DNA from: Fistulifera solaris
Taxonomy: Eukaryota
Length of the DNA stretch: 64,000 bases
Direction of reading: 5' to 3'
Assembly: GCA_030295235.1 (NCBI GenBank)
Contig: AP026143.1
Location: 682,001-746,000 of the forward strand
A program made the position numbers and the translations under genes. This document shows positions 34,843 to 45,471 of the stretch, piece after piece. The notes under the pieces were generated by a model that was given only the letters and a program-made list of their open reading frames with translations, did not search any database and was not told the DNA's origin. Each line of letters starts with the position of its first letter. The first letter of the stretch is position 1.

Positions 34843-36156
34843 TACAATAATAGTTCTAAAGCTAGTTATGCTCTCACCTTGGAATTTTCGCGCAATTGCG
34901 ATTTCAGCCGGCAATGTCTTCGAGTCCTGACCTTCATGTTTTTACTATGATCCAAACTGTTGGTTTTCCCAATCCACGACTGGATTTCTGTCACGAGACT
35001 CCATCAATCCTTTTGTACATGCAGCTTGCAGCGCGAAGTTTGTGTCTTTTTTGGCGTTTGATTATAGTCTCATTACAATAATAGAGCTTAAGCTATTTAT
35101 GCTCTCACTTTGGAATTTTCGCGCAATTGCGATTTCAGCCGACAATGTCTTCGAGTCCTGACCTTCATGTTTTTACTATCATACAAACTGTTGGTTTTCC
35201 CAATCCACGACTGAATTTCTGTCACGAGACTGCATCAATCCTTTTGTACATGCAGCTTGCAGCGCGAAGTTAGTATCATTATTGGCGTTTGATTATAGTT
35301 TCATTACAAGAATAGATCTAAAGCTATTTATGCTCTCACTTTGGAATTTTCGCGCAATTGCGATTTCAGCCGGCAATGTCTTCGAGTCCTGAAGTTTTTA
35401 CTATGATCCAAACTGTTGGTTTTCCCAATCCACGACTGGATTTCTGTCACGAGACTGCATCAATCCTTTTGTACATGCAGCTTGCAGCGCGAAGTTTGTG
35501 TCATTTTTGGCGTTTGATTATAGTTTCATTACAAGAATAGATCTAAAGCTATTTATGCTCTCACTTTGGAATTTCGCGCAATTGCGATTTCAGCCGACAA
35601 TGTCTTCGAGTCCTGACCTTCATGTTTTTACTACTCCGGAGTATGATCCAACCAGTCGGTTTTCCCAATCCACGACTGAATTTCTGTCACGAGACTGCAT
35701 CAATCCTTTTGCACATGCAGCCTGCAGCGCGAAAGTTTCGTCTTTTTCGCGCTTGACTATACAGGTAGTTAGTTATGTTCCCGTTTTGAAGTTTCGCGCA
35801 ATTGCGATATCAGCCGACAATGTCTTCGAGTCCTGACCTTCATGTTTTTACTATCATCCAAACTGTTGGTTTTCCCAATCCACGACTGAATTTCTGTCAC
35901 GAGACTGCATCATTCCTTTTGCACATGCAGCCTGCAGCGCGAAGTTTGTGTCATTTTTGGCGTTTGATTATAGTCTCATTACAATAATAGATTAAAAGAT
36001 AATTATGCTTTCAATTTCGAATTTTCGAGCAATTGCGATTTCAGCCGGCAATGTCTCCGAGTCCTCACCTTCATGTTTTTACTATGATCCAACCAGTTGG
36101 TTGTACCAATCCACGACTGGATTTCGTCATGAGATTATTCCATCAATCCTTTGTAA
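34843..36156. repeat. Tandem repeat family A (reverse complement of 6245-7219), ~220-233 bp unit x ~5.6, more diverged
   Basis: gcaattgcgat marker recurs about every 220-233 bp from about 34891 to about 36029. Shares gtcttcgagtcctgaccttcatgtttttactatgatccaaac with the 6 kb array. Confidence 0.95.
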
Positions 36157-36272
36157 GGTACGCACGCGTTAATGAGCTTAGCGTAGCTTTCTACGGTGAA
36201 TGTGGTACAAAGGCCCTATTGGTCAGTGAGCATTCTCCACAAATTTCCCGCAGTGAAGTACGGTGAAAAAGT

Positions 36273-36437
36273 CTAGTTTTCAGAAATAGATTTGTGCTCG
36301 ATCCTAGCTTTCAGAAATGTACTCTATTTGTGGGTCTCCAGGAATTCGACAGAAAGGCCCTGGACATTTTTTATCGAGTCACGAAATGAGCCTAGTTTTC
36401 AGAAATGGATTTCAGTGCAATCGAGTTTTCAGAAATA
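36273..36437. promoter_or_regulatory. Four copies of AG(T/C)TTTCAGAAAT upstream of the methyltransferase gene
   Basis: Copies near 36273, 36304, 36392 and 36423, i.e. a 31 bp-spaced pair duplicated 119 bp apart. Confidence 0.45.
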
Positions 36438-36584
36438 TGCCTCTTTGTAAGCCTTTTACGTGCAGCCTGCAGCGCGACATCATTACAATAATTACAATAA
36501 ACTGCGGTTCGTCGTCTTTATTACGGATTATTGCACATTATTGTCAATTATTTGATGTTAATGTAAAAGAGTTGGAAGCTCGGA

Positions 36585-37508
36585 ATGAATATTGTGATGA
36601 AGAATGTTCGGGAGACTCCGAGAGAGTCGGAAGGGCAGCATGATGCAACGGATGCAATAACAGGCACTTCCGATCATCGCAAAGGAAATGTTTACGAAAC
36701 AACCGGTAGTCTCAACATGTATTTGGGCCTTCATTATCCACGTTCTGGAAACGACAAGAATATGGATCCGATTTTTCCACATGAGCATGCACCTTGGCAC
36801 GCGGTTGGATTTCCCCAGCGCGTGGCTCAAATTCTCGTCTCACTATTACCGAAGAACGAGGATTTTCCGAAACGAGCGCTTGATATAGGATGCGCTGTCG
36901 GCGGTTCATCGTTTGAGCTGGCCAAAGTGTTTCACAGAGTCGACGCTTTTGACTTTAGCGAGTCATTCGTCAACGCTGCCAAACGAATGCAAGCCAACGA
37001 GATGATTCGATTTAATGTACCGGTAGAAGCCGAACTGTCTGAAGAAGTAACAGCCATGCACGATGAGGATGTGACGGAGGAGGTACGACAGAGGGTTCAC
37101 TTTTTCACGGGGGACGCGTGCTCGCTACAGGATATGGTGGAAAAGGGTTTGTTATCCGGTCACGAAACCTATGATGGAGTTCTTTTGGCAAATTTGCTTT
37201 GTCGGTTACCAGATCCCATGGCCTGCCTCAACGATTTATCTCAAATTGTAAGAAAGGAAGGCGTGGTAGTTATTGTGACGCCGTATAGCTGGCTGTGTGA
37301 ATTCACGCCACGGGAAAGATGGCTCGGAGGCTTTACCGATCCTCATACGAACGAGTCTGTCTATTCCAAGAGTACTTTGCAAACGGTGATGGAAAGCGAC
37401 GGGTTTGAGAAAATTCATGAAGAACAGGTCCCTCTTATCATTCGCGAACATCAACGGAAGTATCAATACATTGTGAGCGAAGCTACTGGATGGCGGAAAG
37501 TGAAGTAA
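36585..37508 (+). CDS. Stand-alone SAM methyltransferase of the OvoA C-terminal (mercaptohistidine N-methyltransferase) type
   Basis: YET..LNMYLGLHY, RALDIGCAVGGSSFELA, DFSESFV, GDACSL, ANLLCRLPDP, TPYSWLCEFTPRERWLGG, IIREHQRKYQYIVSEATGWRK. Confidence 0.8.
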   Translation: MNIVMKNVRETPRESEGQHDATDAITGTSDHRKGNVYETTGSLNMYLGLHYPRSGNDKNMDPIFPHEHAPWHAVGFPQRVAQILVSLLPKNEDFPKRALDIGCAVGGSSFELAKVFHRVDAFDFSESFVNAAKRMQANEMIRFNVPVEAELSEEVTAMHDEDVTEEVRQRVHFFTGDACSLQDMVEKGLLSGHETYDGVLLANLLCRLPDPMACLNDLSQIVRKEGVVVIVTPYSWLCEFTPRERWLGGFTDPHTNESVYSKSTLQTVMESDGFEKIHEEQVPLIIREHQRKYQYIVSEATGWRKVK

Positions 37509-37990
37509 GGTGAACGCAAACATCCGATGTTGATTTTACCTCCTAGAGGAGTCTATGTTCCATAGTAGCTCATAGTTTCACCGAAGTTAGCCTGCTGCAA
37601 CGATTAAGGTATGGTCAGTATAGCAGGTCCGAGTGAAAAACATAGTTTGCGGTTTGACTAGGAAACGGAGGTGATTGCACATAACCTTGCAGCAGATCTG
37701 CCATGCACTCATCCTCATGTTGGAAAACATATTGTTTAGTAAGTCTAACTTAAGCGATTTATTGTTTTTAGACTAGTTATTGTGAAGGGGCGTCGATCCC
37801 TAGAACAACGTATTATCGTGAAGTATTAGGGTTAAAGCTAGAATCTTATAGAAGATCCTTTCGTCGTCAAAAGATTCGCAAAGCACAAACAAAAATTGCA
37901 GCCGCCGCTTATTGCAAAGCTTCTCTTTGGAAGTCATTACATCGCTTGTTGCCTTAAACTTTTGCTTATTTTCAATATAATTATTGAAGC

Positions 37991-38678
37991 ATGACCAAAA
38001 TTGCCACATTCACGACTTCAATGGGCACTTTCAAAGCCGAATTATACGACAAGGAGATGCCCATTACCGTCGGAAACTTTATTGATTTGGCCAACGGAGG
38101 CTTCTACGACGGCATTCACTTTCATCGTGTCATTCCGGAATTTATGAATCAGTTCGAATGCCCGTACGCCAAAGATCCGAACAGTAATCGCGCGGGGACG
38201 GGCGGTCCTCCTCCGCATTCTTCGTTTCAGTCCGCTGACGGAAAATCGTACAAGCGCAATGATGAAGGAGGGATTCCGGATGAAATCGGGCAGCCGCAGC
38301 ACCGTATCACGAATGCGCCGGGTACTTTGAGCATGGCGAACACGGGGCAGCCGGAATCGGGTGGCTCTCAGTTCTTTATTAACGTGGCTGGTATGTTGTG
38401 TCTTCGAGGTGTATTGCATGCGTCAGCAACGCAATGTCTTCCTCTCACTTTGTACCTGTCTTATTGCTTGCTTCCCCTTTTCATTCTCTTCTTCCTTCAC
38501 AACCACATTAACAGACAACAGCTTCTTGGATTGGTTCGATCGTTCGACCGAGTCCGCGCATCCCGTCTTTGGGAAAGTGATTGATAACTATCCGTTGGTT
38601 GTCAAGATCTCGCAAGTTCCGACGCGCAATGATAATCCAGTTCAACCGATCAAAATGATTTCGGTCCGTGTCGAGTAA
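37991..38678 (+). CDS. Cyclophilin-type peptidyl-prolyl isomerase; intron 38391-38514
   Basis: [33 protein letters not shown], then after a GTATG...ACAG intron FLDWFD...HPVFGKV. Confidence 0.93.
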
Positions 38679-38874
38679 AAGCAATGTAGAGACAAACGTT
38701 GATGAAGGAATGGAGACAAAAAGCTGGATGAAAGGAAAGATTTCAAACATAGGCTCGACGGTGTCGAACAATGAGGTGTTGCTAAAGTTCGTTTAGCCGT
38801 ATATTTTACATATTTTTAAAAAGCTACTGCTTCATTTTCTGCTCTAGTAACGTTTCGTTGCTTACTGATGAGCC

Positions 38875-39477
38875 TTAAAACCACACAAAGTAAATGACGA
38901 GCAAGGTAATCACCATGCCTGCCGCCACCAAATACGCATCCGTAATGTCTCTTCGCTCAATGATCCGCATAGTCGACTGTGTTATTCCCAAAGCATTCCC
39001 AATATCCACCACTACTTTACTAACACCCCGCAAGCGTTTTCGCTGTTCGACCAATTCTTGATAATTCGCATCCGCCTGTGAAATCAGTCCCAACACGGCA
39101 TAATTACTCGACTCCAACGACTGCGATTCTTCCGCTAGATTGGTTAAATCATTGTCTTGTGGATTTTTACGCCTCCTTCGCAACAATTCATCACGCTGTC
39201 TTTGATACTGAGAGGTCTGAAATTGTTGCTGTCCCTGTTGTTGCAATTGCGCCGCCTCTTGTCGAAGTTCCTGTATTTTGTGTTTCCAGATCGGCCGCTG
39301 CGCCGTCGTTTCTCGCAATAACAAATCATCCATCACATCCAATTGTCGATTCAATTCTTCCACGGTCAAATACAATTCGGTGGCAGTGCCGTTGCTGGAG
39401 TGCAAGAGAGCCAGTTGTTGCCGTGCGTCGTAGGCGAGTTTGCGGCATTTGGGGAACAATTCGCCAATCGAAGTCAT
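38875..39477 (-). CDS. Membrin/GOSR2 (Bos1)-like Qb-SNARE
   Basis: Helical N-terminal domain, SNARE coil (LVEQRKRLRGV..LGITQSTMRIIERR), C-terminal TM anchor. Confidence 0.85.
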   Translation of the reverse strand: MTSIGELFPKCRKLAYDARQQLALLHSSNGTATELYLTVEELNRQLDVMDDLLLRETTAQRPIWKHKIQELRQEAAQLQQQGQQQFQTSQYQRQRDELLRRRRKNPQDNDLTNLAEESQSLESSNYAVLGLISQADANYQELVEQRKRLRGVSKVVVDIGNALGITQSTMRIIERRDITDAYLVAAGMVITLLVIYFVWF

Positions 39478-39630
39478 GCTGAATTGTAAGAAGGAACTGT
39501 GTACCTCACAAATCTGGAGTAAAATCCTGCGAAGTGCTAAAAATAACAAAGACTTGTAAAGGAAATAATGGCTGTTTGTTGCTTCAATAAGTGATGAAAC
39601 GAAAATCAAACGCTTTGCGATGCGTTGACG

Positions 39631-40150
39631 ATGAAGAATGCGACGTTCCGAATGTCTACGTACACCTCACGTAGGCCCCGTAGGGAAATTTATCGACAGA
39701 GGGGGTACCCGGAGTTTGTGAAATTTCGATCACACCATATTTCGCGCCTGTTAGGCATACCAATGTCAACATTGCTTTACTCAACATCGTGTATGCGTGC
39801 CAATGAACAATTACCTGGTACTGACAGAAAATCGACTGCAATACGGAAAAAGCATGAAAGATGCAACGCTTCGAAAGTCTACGGGTGTTTCACGTAGCGC
39901 TCGTAGGGAAATTTATCGAAAGAGGGGAACCCGGATATTGTGTAGTTTTGATGACACCATTTTTCAGGTCTTTTGTGCATTAATGTCATAATAACAGTCA
40001 CCATCATCAAGACCTCGTTACCATAGACGACAAGTGTCATAAATGAGCAGTCAAAACGCAATTTGGATGAAGGACGTAACGCTTTGAATGTCTACGTGAT
40101 TTGGACGGAGCTGCCTTAGAAAATTTATCGACGTAGTGGTACCGGTACTG
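39631..40150. repeat. Degenerate tandem repeat family C, ~213-223 bp unit x ~2.5
   Basis: atgaa..gtctacg..tagRRaaatttatcga..ccgg recurs at 39631, 39854 and 40067. Confidence 0.75.
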
Positions 40151-40514
40151 AAGTAGGTTTATAGTATAGAGTGCAGTGTCACAGACTTTCTTCTATTTAG
40201 ATGATGCGCAAATAGTATAGACTAATGGAGTACAACGGACAACGACTTTCCCAATTGCCAAAATGCTTGGTTTTCAGCGACAAGAAAGTCAGCGACATCA
40301 ACAAAACACAAAAGAGAAAAAACCTATCGATGATGCTTCGGATGCGGAACAGTGTGTCTTTATTTGACCTGTAACTACAAGAAAAGCAAGAAAGTATCGA
40401 TTCAATTATTTCTTGGGTGAATTTTTATAGCTTAAGTGCAATCGAGAGTCTTATCGCTACGCGCACACAAATACAACTCAGGGTCGAAGCATTTCAACGT
40501 CCTTCCTCATCAAC

Positions 40515-42966
40515 ATGGAGAGCATCAAGCAAAGTCCTCACAGAGGACCCGCTAGCCTATACAAGGCTCTCTCTACACCTCGATCGCTATTGAGTCATCC
40601 TACGGCAGCTTCTTCACTTCTTTCGGGAAGTCACGGTCGACATCGGCGGCAACAACGAAATATTAAGAAACTGGACTTGCAACGAGCACGGCGGTACGGC
40701 ATGAAAGAAAATGCTCGTTTCAATCGCATCAAATTTACGCACGCTGGCACTGTGTTTATATACGATCCATTGAAGAACAAAGAAATCACTTCGTATCCAG
40801 CCGCGGCGGGGAAATACACCGGCTCTGCGTTTGAGAAGCCTATTCATTTGCCTCCTTATCCACTTCCCGCTCATGCGTATCATCAGTCGACGAATCGAAA
40901 AGCCTTTTTACATGAGAATCCTCGAGCCGTCACGTCGCATTCAGTCTTTTTGGTCGACATGTCTGGTTCCATGCGATGCGATGATGTCAATGGAGCACGA
41001 TGTCGTGCGGATGCCGTGTGGACGACGATCGCTCGTAATTATGTGCTGGATCCATTGAAGGAAGGAACACTTTCGTCGTCGGATGTGGTGAGCATTGTCG
41101 TGTTTCGGGACACAGCCGAAGTGTTGGTGGCACAAGCACCCGTAGATTATGTTTTGTTCAATCGGATATTGACATTTCGCGAGTACGAAACGGTGAGACC
41201 CGAAGGGCCCGGGAAATATTTACCCGCCCTGGACATGGCCGAATCGTTATTGGAATGGAACAAGCTGGGAAGTTGTGCTTTGAGTCTTTTGTTCTTTTCG
41301 GATGGCAAACCTTCGGATCGAGGAAATTTCGTGGCTCGTACCGGTCAGATTGCCGCGAAATACGGACATCGTCTTACCATGAGTTGCATAGGAATGGCCG
41401 AGCCCAGTGAAGATTTCGACACTTTACAAGCCATGGTGGAGGAAGCCCGTGACTTTGGTGTACAAGCTGTCTTCCAGCGTCCCACAATGCATTTGTCGGA
41501 GTTATCCGTGGCGATATCCAGTTTGGCTTCTTCGTTGTGTACCACCAAGACTTCAATGATCGATCGACGAACGGGCCGACGACAGATGGTTCGTACCGAT
41601 ATTGTTCATGAACGAAAAAGTTCCGTAAAGCAGGATTGGATACGACCAAACCATGAATGGAAAGTGTTTTCCAATCGCGATGTGATGAATTATGTGCTTC
41701 GCTTCTCGACGTGGGATACTCAAAGAGACGAGTTTGTTTGTAAGTGCGTCTTGAATAGACGATTTATATGCCGAGTTCGTTCTCTCACCTTTGATGGATG
41801 ACAATGGTAGGGCTGATGGACAGTCGTTGCGTTTTCTGTTACCAAACAGTGTCGGCTGGATATGAAGGTACGATTGAAACAATAGGTAAAAGTACGGTTC
41901 CAGGAGATCTTTGTCACAATTGTCAGGCTTGTTATATTTGTTCTCGCTGTAGGCGACCCCACGACCCAGCCGATTGTGCAACTTATCTTCAACACAAAAC
42001 GAACCGCAAGATGGTGGTACGGAAGGTACCATCGTTCTCGGTAGCCATGAAACATGCTGTTTTCGGACAAGGTGAAGAACGCATTGTTCATCAGTTTCGT
42101 TTCCTGGATGATGATGGCAACTTCGCTGGACCCAAGTGGGTCGCCATGAATCACGCTTCGCTTTAGAAGGCGATGATCTCTCACAGCAGTTATTGCGCTT
42201 AACGTATCACAGGGACTTTATGCGCACACAAGTCTTGGCTCAACGGTTTGCTACGGAGTTTAACCACGCGTTAGATTCCTTCCAATCCGAATCACGAAAC
42301 TGGCCGCGCTTTCGTTTCTTGGAACCACTGGTCGTAGAACTAGTTGAAGACGGGAGACATCTGGCGCACAAACAACGAGAAATCATGATTGAAGAGATGC
42401 TAGACGGAGAATATCTAAAATTCAATAACAATAATGGATTTGTCATGAGCAAAGGGAAAATGACACAAGTGCCGATGGATCCCATTCGAGAAGTCAGTGA
42501 GGATTTGGAAGACGATGGTGATGAGATAGTAGAGGTGACGAGAGATGGCAAACCTGTCGACTCGATTGTTCCGTCCCCAATGTGCGAGGAAATTATTAAC
42601 TGTGAACCTTCCACGACGACCACAAGCTCGGAAATGTGCATCGAAATTTCCAAAACGCCCGTAGTGCCGTATCGTGATTCCAGTATGGAAATGTGGATTG
42701 AAGATTTCCCGCAAGCCTTCAGTCATTTTTCGTACGAAAAGAGTGGAAAGCAGTACATCGTGGTTGATTTACAAGGAGTATTTCAGCAACATCCCGAAGG
42801 CACTTGTGAATTTATTTTAACGGATCCCGCCATTCACCGACGTGACGAACATTTGGAATCCATGGGACGGACGGATCGTGGACAAAAAGGCATGCGCGCC
42901 TTTTTGCAATCACATCGTTGCAATCGTGTGTGCCGCTTGCTGGGTCTCGTGATGAAAGAGGAGTAG
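40515..42966 (+). CDS. vWA - Cys-rich zinc finger - alpha-kinase protein; intron 41740-41810; frameshift near 42146
   Basis: vWA MIDAS FLVDMSGSM and FFSDG; CVFC..CHNCQACYICSRC..H..C; alpha-kinase FGQGEERIV, YLKFNNNNG, QAFSHFSY, VVDLQGV, LTDPAIH, HRCNRVC. Confidence 0.85.
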
Positions 42967-42999
42967 TGTGTAGCAATTAATCAGTTTATAGCCGCATTC

Positions 43000-43879
43000 T
43001 TACGCAGTAGGCCGTTCCCACTGTGTTTGCTTCGTCTCTGTGTGATAATAGTATTCTTTTCCGGACGCAGGATCCTGCACCGCTTGCCAGCCATTCGGTA
43101 GATTGGTCGTCGTTGTCGACTGAGCCGTCGTCGGCACTGAATTTCCCAAAAGAGGCGGATTCCACGATCGTTCCCCCGTGCTGATATTGTAATAATATGT
43201 CTTTCCTGTCGCTGGATCCTTCGCGGTCTTCCAGTCCGATTGCAACTTGCGATGCAATGCCGCAGCGACTTGTTCGAAGGGATTGTTCGGATCATCACGA
43301 ATGATGGGAGCCGCCGCTCGCTTGCTCTTTTTTCTTTTTGGAAGTGACAGGTTCTCCTTGTTGTTCTGTTTGTTCTTTGGCTGGAGCTGAAGAAGAATGA
43401 GGCACGGCAATACCGGCTCGTTGTTTTAAAGAATCCATTCCGTCCCAATAATATCCCGTCCCTCGATCCCGTGTCGTAAAGACATAATCAAATTTGGGGC
43501 CCTCAAATTGTTCCGCCGCAATATAGTAAGTCACATGATCGGATCGTTTCCGTTTTGCCGTCCAATCAATCGGTTTATCATCATTGCCTTTTTGTTTGAA
43601 GACGGTATAACCCGACTCTTGCAAGGACTTGTGTCCCGCTTTTTGACGTTCCTGTTCTTCTTGTTGACGTTCATCGTCCCAATTGCGAAACCCGGCCGCA
43701 CGATCGGCAGCTTTTAACGGTGCTTTGGGTGCGACGGAAGCTTTCTTCTTCTCGTTCGAGGCAAAGGCTTGCCACAAGGCCGCTCCGTCACTTCCCAAGA
43801 CGGGTTTCGCGACGAGTTCGTCGACGGAGGCAAAAGCGTCGTAGGCCGTTCGTTTATTGCTTGTTTTATTACTCGTCAT
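43000..43879 (-). CDS. Protein with two C-terminal WW domains and an FxGxKxxYVF...GTGYYxD motif; frameshift near 43330
   Basis: WKTAKDPATGKTYYYNISTGERSWNPP and LPNGWQAVQDPASGKEYYYHTETKQTQWERP; upstream frame FEGPKFDYVFTTRDRGTGYYWD. Confidence 0.8.
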
Positions 43880-44289
43880 GTGATTTACTTGCTTTTATAA
43901 TTCTACCTGTTATTGCATTGATTAAAGCAATAATGATTGAATGCAATAAAATACGCCGCTCCGAAGCTAAGCGATGCGATGATGCGGGGTTCTAATCTAA
44001 CAAAACGTGCGATTCACTCATATAAGGTTTAGGGATACTCTATGGCGTGCGGCCGTAAACCAACACTTTGGACTATAGTGATTTTTAAGGACTTTATTCA
44101 ACATGAATATTTCAACATCAAAGGGCCAAAAAGTGCATTGTAAATGCTTTCAAGTTAATTTATTGAAGCACGCGACCAATGAAGTAAACTTTTCTTGCGA
44201 AACGATGAGTGGATAACATCATTTTTCTGAAATGCAGTCATGGTTGTGTTAAACCAACACTTTGCGTCTATAGTGATGGAAGATTACGT

Positions 44290-44905
44290 GTTACAGAAAA
44301 TCGTGGATGGTCCAGAAATTCTGGACCAGGTGTATTTTATCATCAAATTGTGTAGGCTTCCAGTAGGTTTTTCTACGTCTGCGACATTTGATTCCACCCG
44401 CATTTAGGGCAAAATCAGAAAGTCTGGCTGTCGTTACTGTGAAAAGTACGGGTGAAGAACATGTCGCAAACGTATAAAACCTACTGGATCCTACACAAAA
44501 ATTAATTCGACTTTGAAGTCGAATTAACGGAAAATGCAGACGTTTCAGACAGTGTAAAATTCCTTTGGGATATTCGTGCTCCTTCCAGAAACTTTGGAGA
44601 CGGTGTACTTCATTCGTACAGCAATTTTGTGAAAGTTCCAGAAATTCTGAGAGTGGTGTGATTCGTCCTACAGAAAATCTGTGTATGGTCCAGAAATTGT
44701 GGACCAGGTGTATTGCATCATCAAATCATACGAAGATACTCTCTTTTCATTTCCATAGTCGTACAGATATTCTGTGCTCGTTTAAGAAACTCTGGAAACG
44801 GTGTATTTCATCGTACAGCATTTTGTGTATGTTCCAGAAATTCTGGAAACTATGTATTTTACCATACAGAAAATCTGTGTGAGTGGTCCAGAAATTCTGG
44901 ACCAC
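44290..44905. repeat. Diverged family B monomers interrupted by an inverted-repeat element
   Basis: ggtccagaaattctggacc at about 44309 and 44885 and a variant at about 44687; ~52 bp monomers from 44575 to 44905. Confidence 0.8.
44348..44498. mobile_element. Small MITE-like element with ~40 bp imperfect TIRs
   Basis: TTGTGTAGGCTTCCAGTAGGTTTTTCTACGTCTGCGACAT versus the reverse complement of ATGTCGCAAACGTATAAAACCTACTGGATCCTACACAA. No clear TSD. Confidence 0.65.
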
Positions 44906-45471
44906 TGATTCCGAACGATTTTATTTACAAAAATATTTCAACACTAACAAATGAATTGCATTGGAAATGTTTTGTATCTCAATGGTTTTGCAATAGAGAC
45001 CAATGAAGCCCACTTTTCTTGAGAAACGAACAGTACCGGTAAACCTTAATTGATTCGAGAATTCGTGACTGAAACGCTTTCGTTGTGTCTTAGAGGCTAC
45101 ACTTTGAGTCTATAGTAGTGGAAGATCCACAAAAGCGCGGCATCCGCTTTTTTCCCTCCATTCGAACGAGCGACGAAGCAAACTCAGCATTGGTGATTAA
45201 CTATTCATTCATTGCTTTTGATTGTCATCGTCACTCTTCTTACTGCCTCATTGGCTCATCTCAGTCGATAAGCAACTATCCGTTCTGTCACTGTACCTCT
45301 TACATGCTCAAAAAGTCATCTGGGGAGAGAATTGTACGGCAATGGTTTCCTACCAACGTGTTCTTTTTCTGGATTGCGTTCAGTCATCTTTCCTCGTTTT
45401 CCGTGGCAGCATATTTATTGACATCACAACGACAGAGCTTCTATTCGAATCCTTTATCATTACATAGCAAA

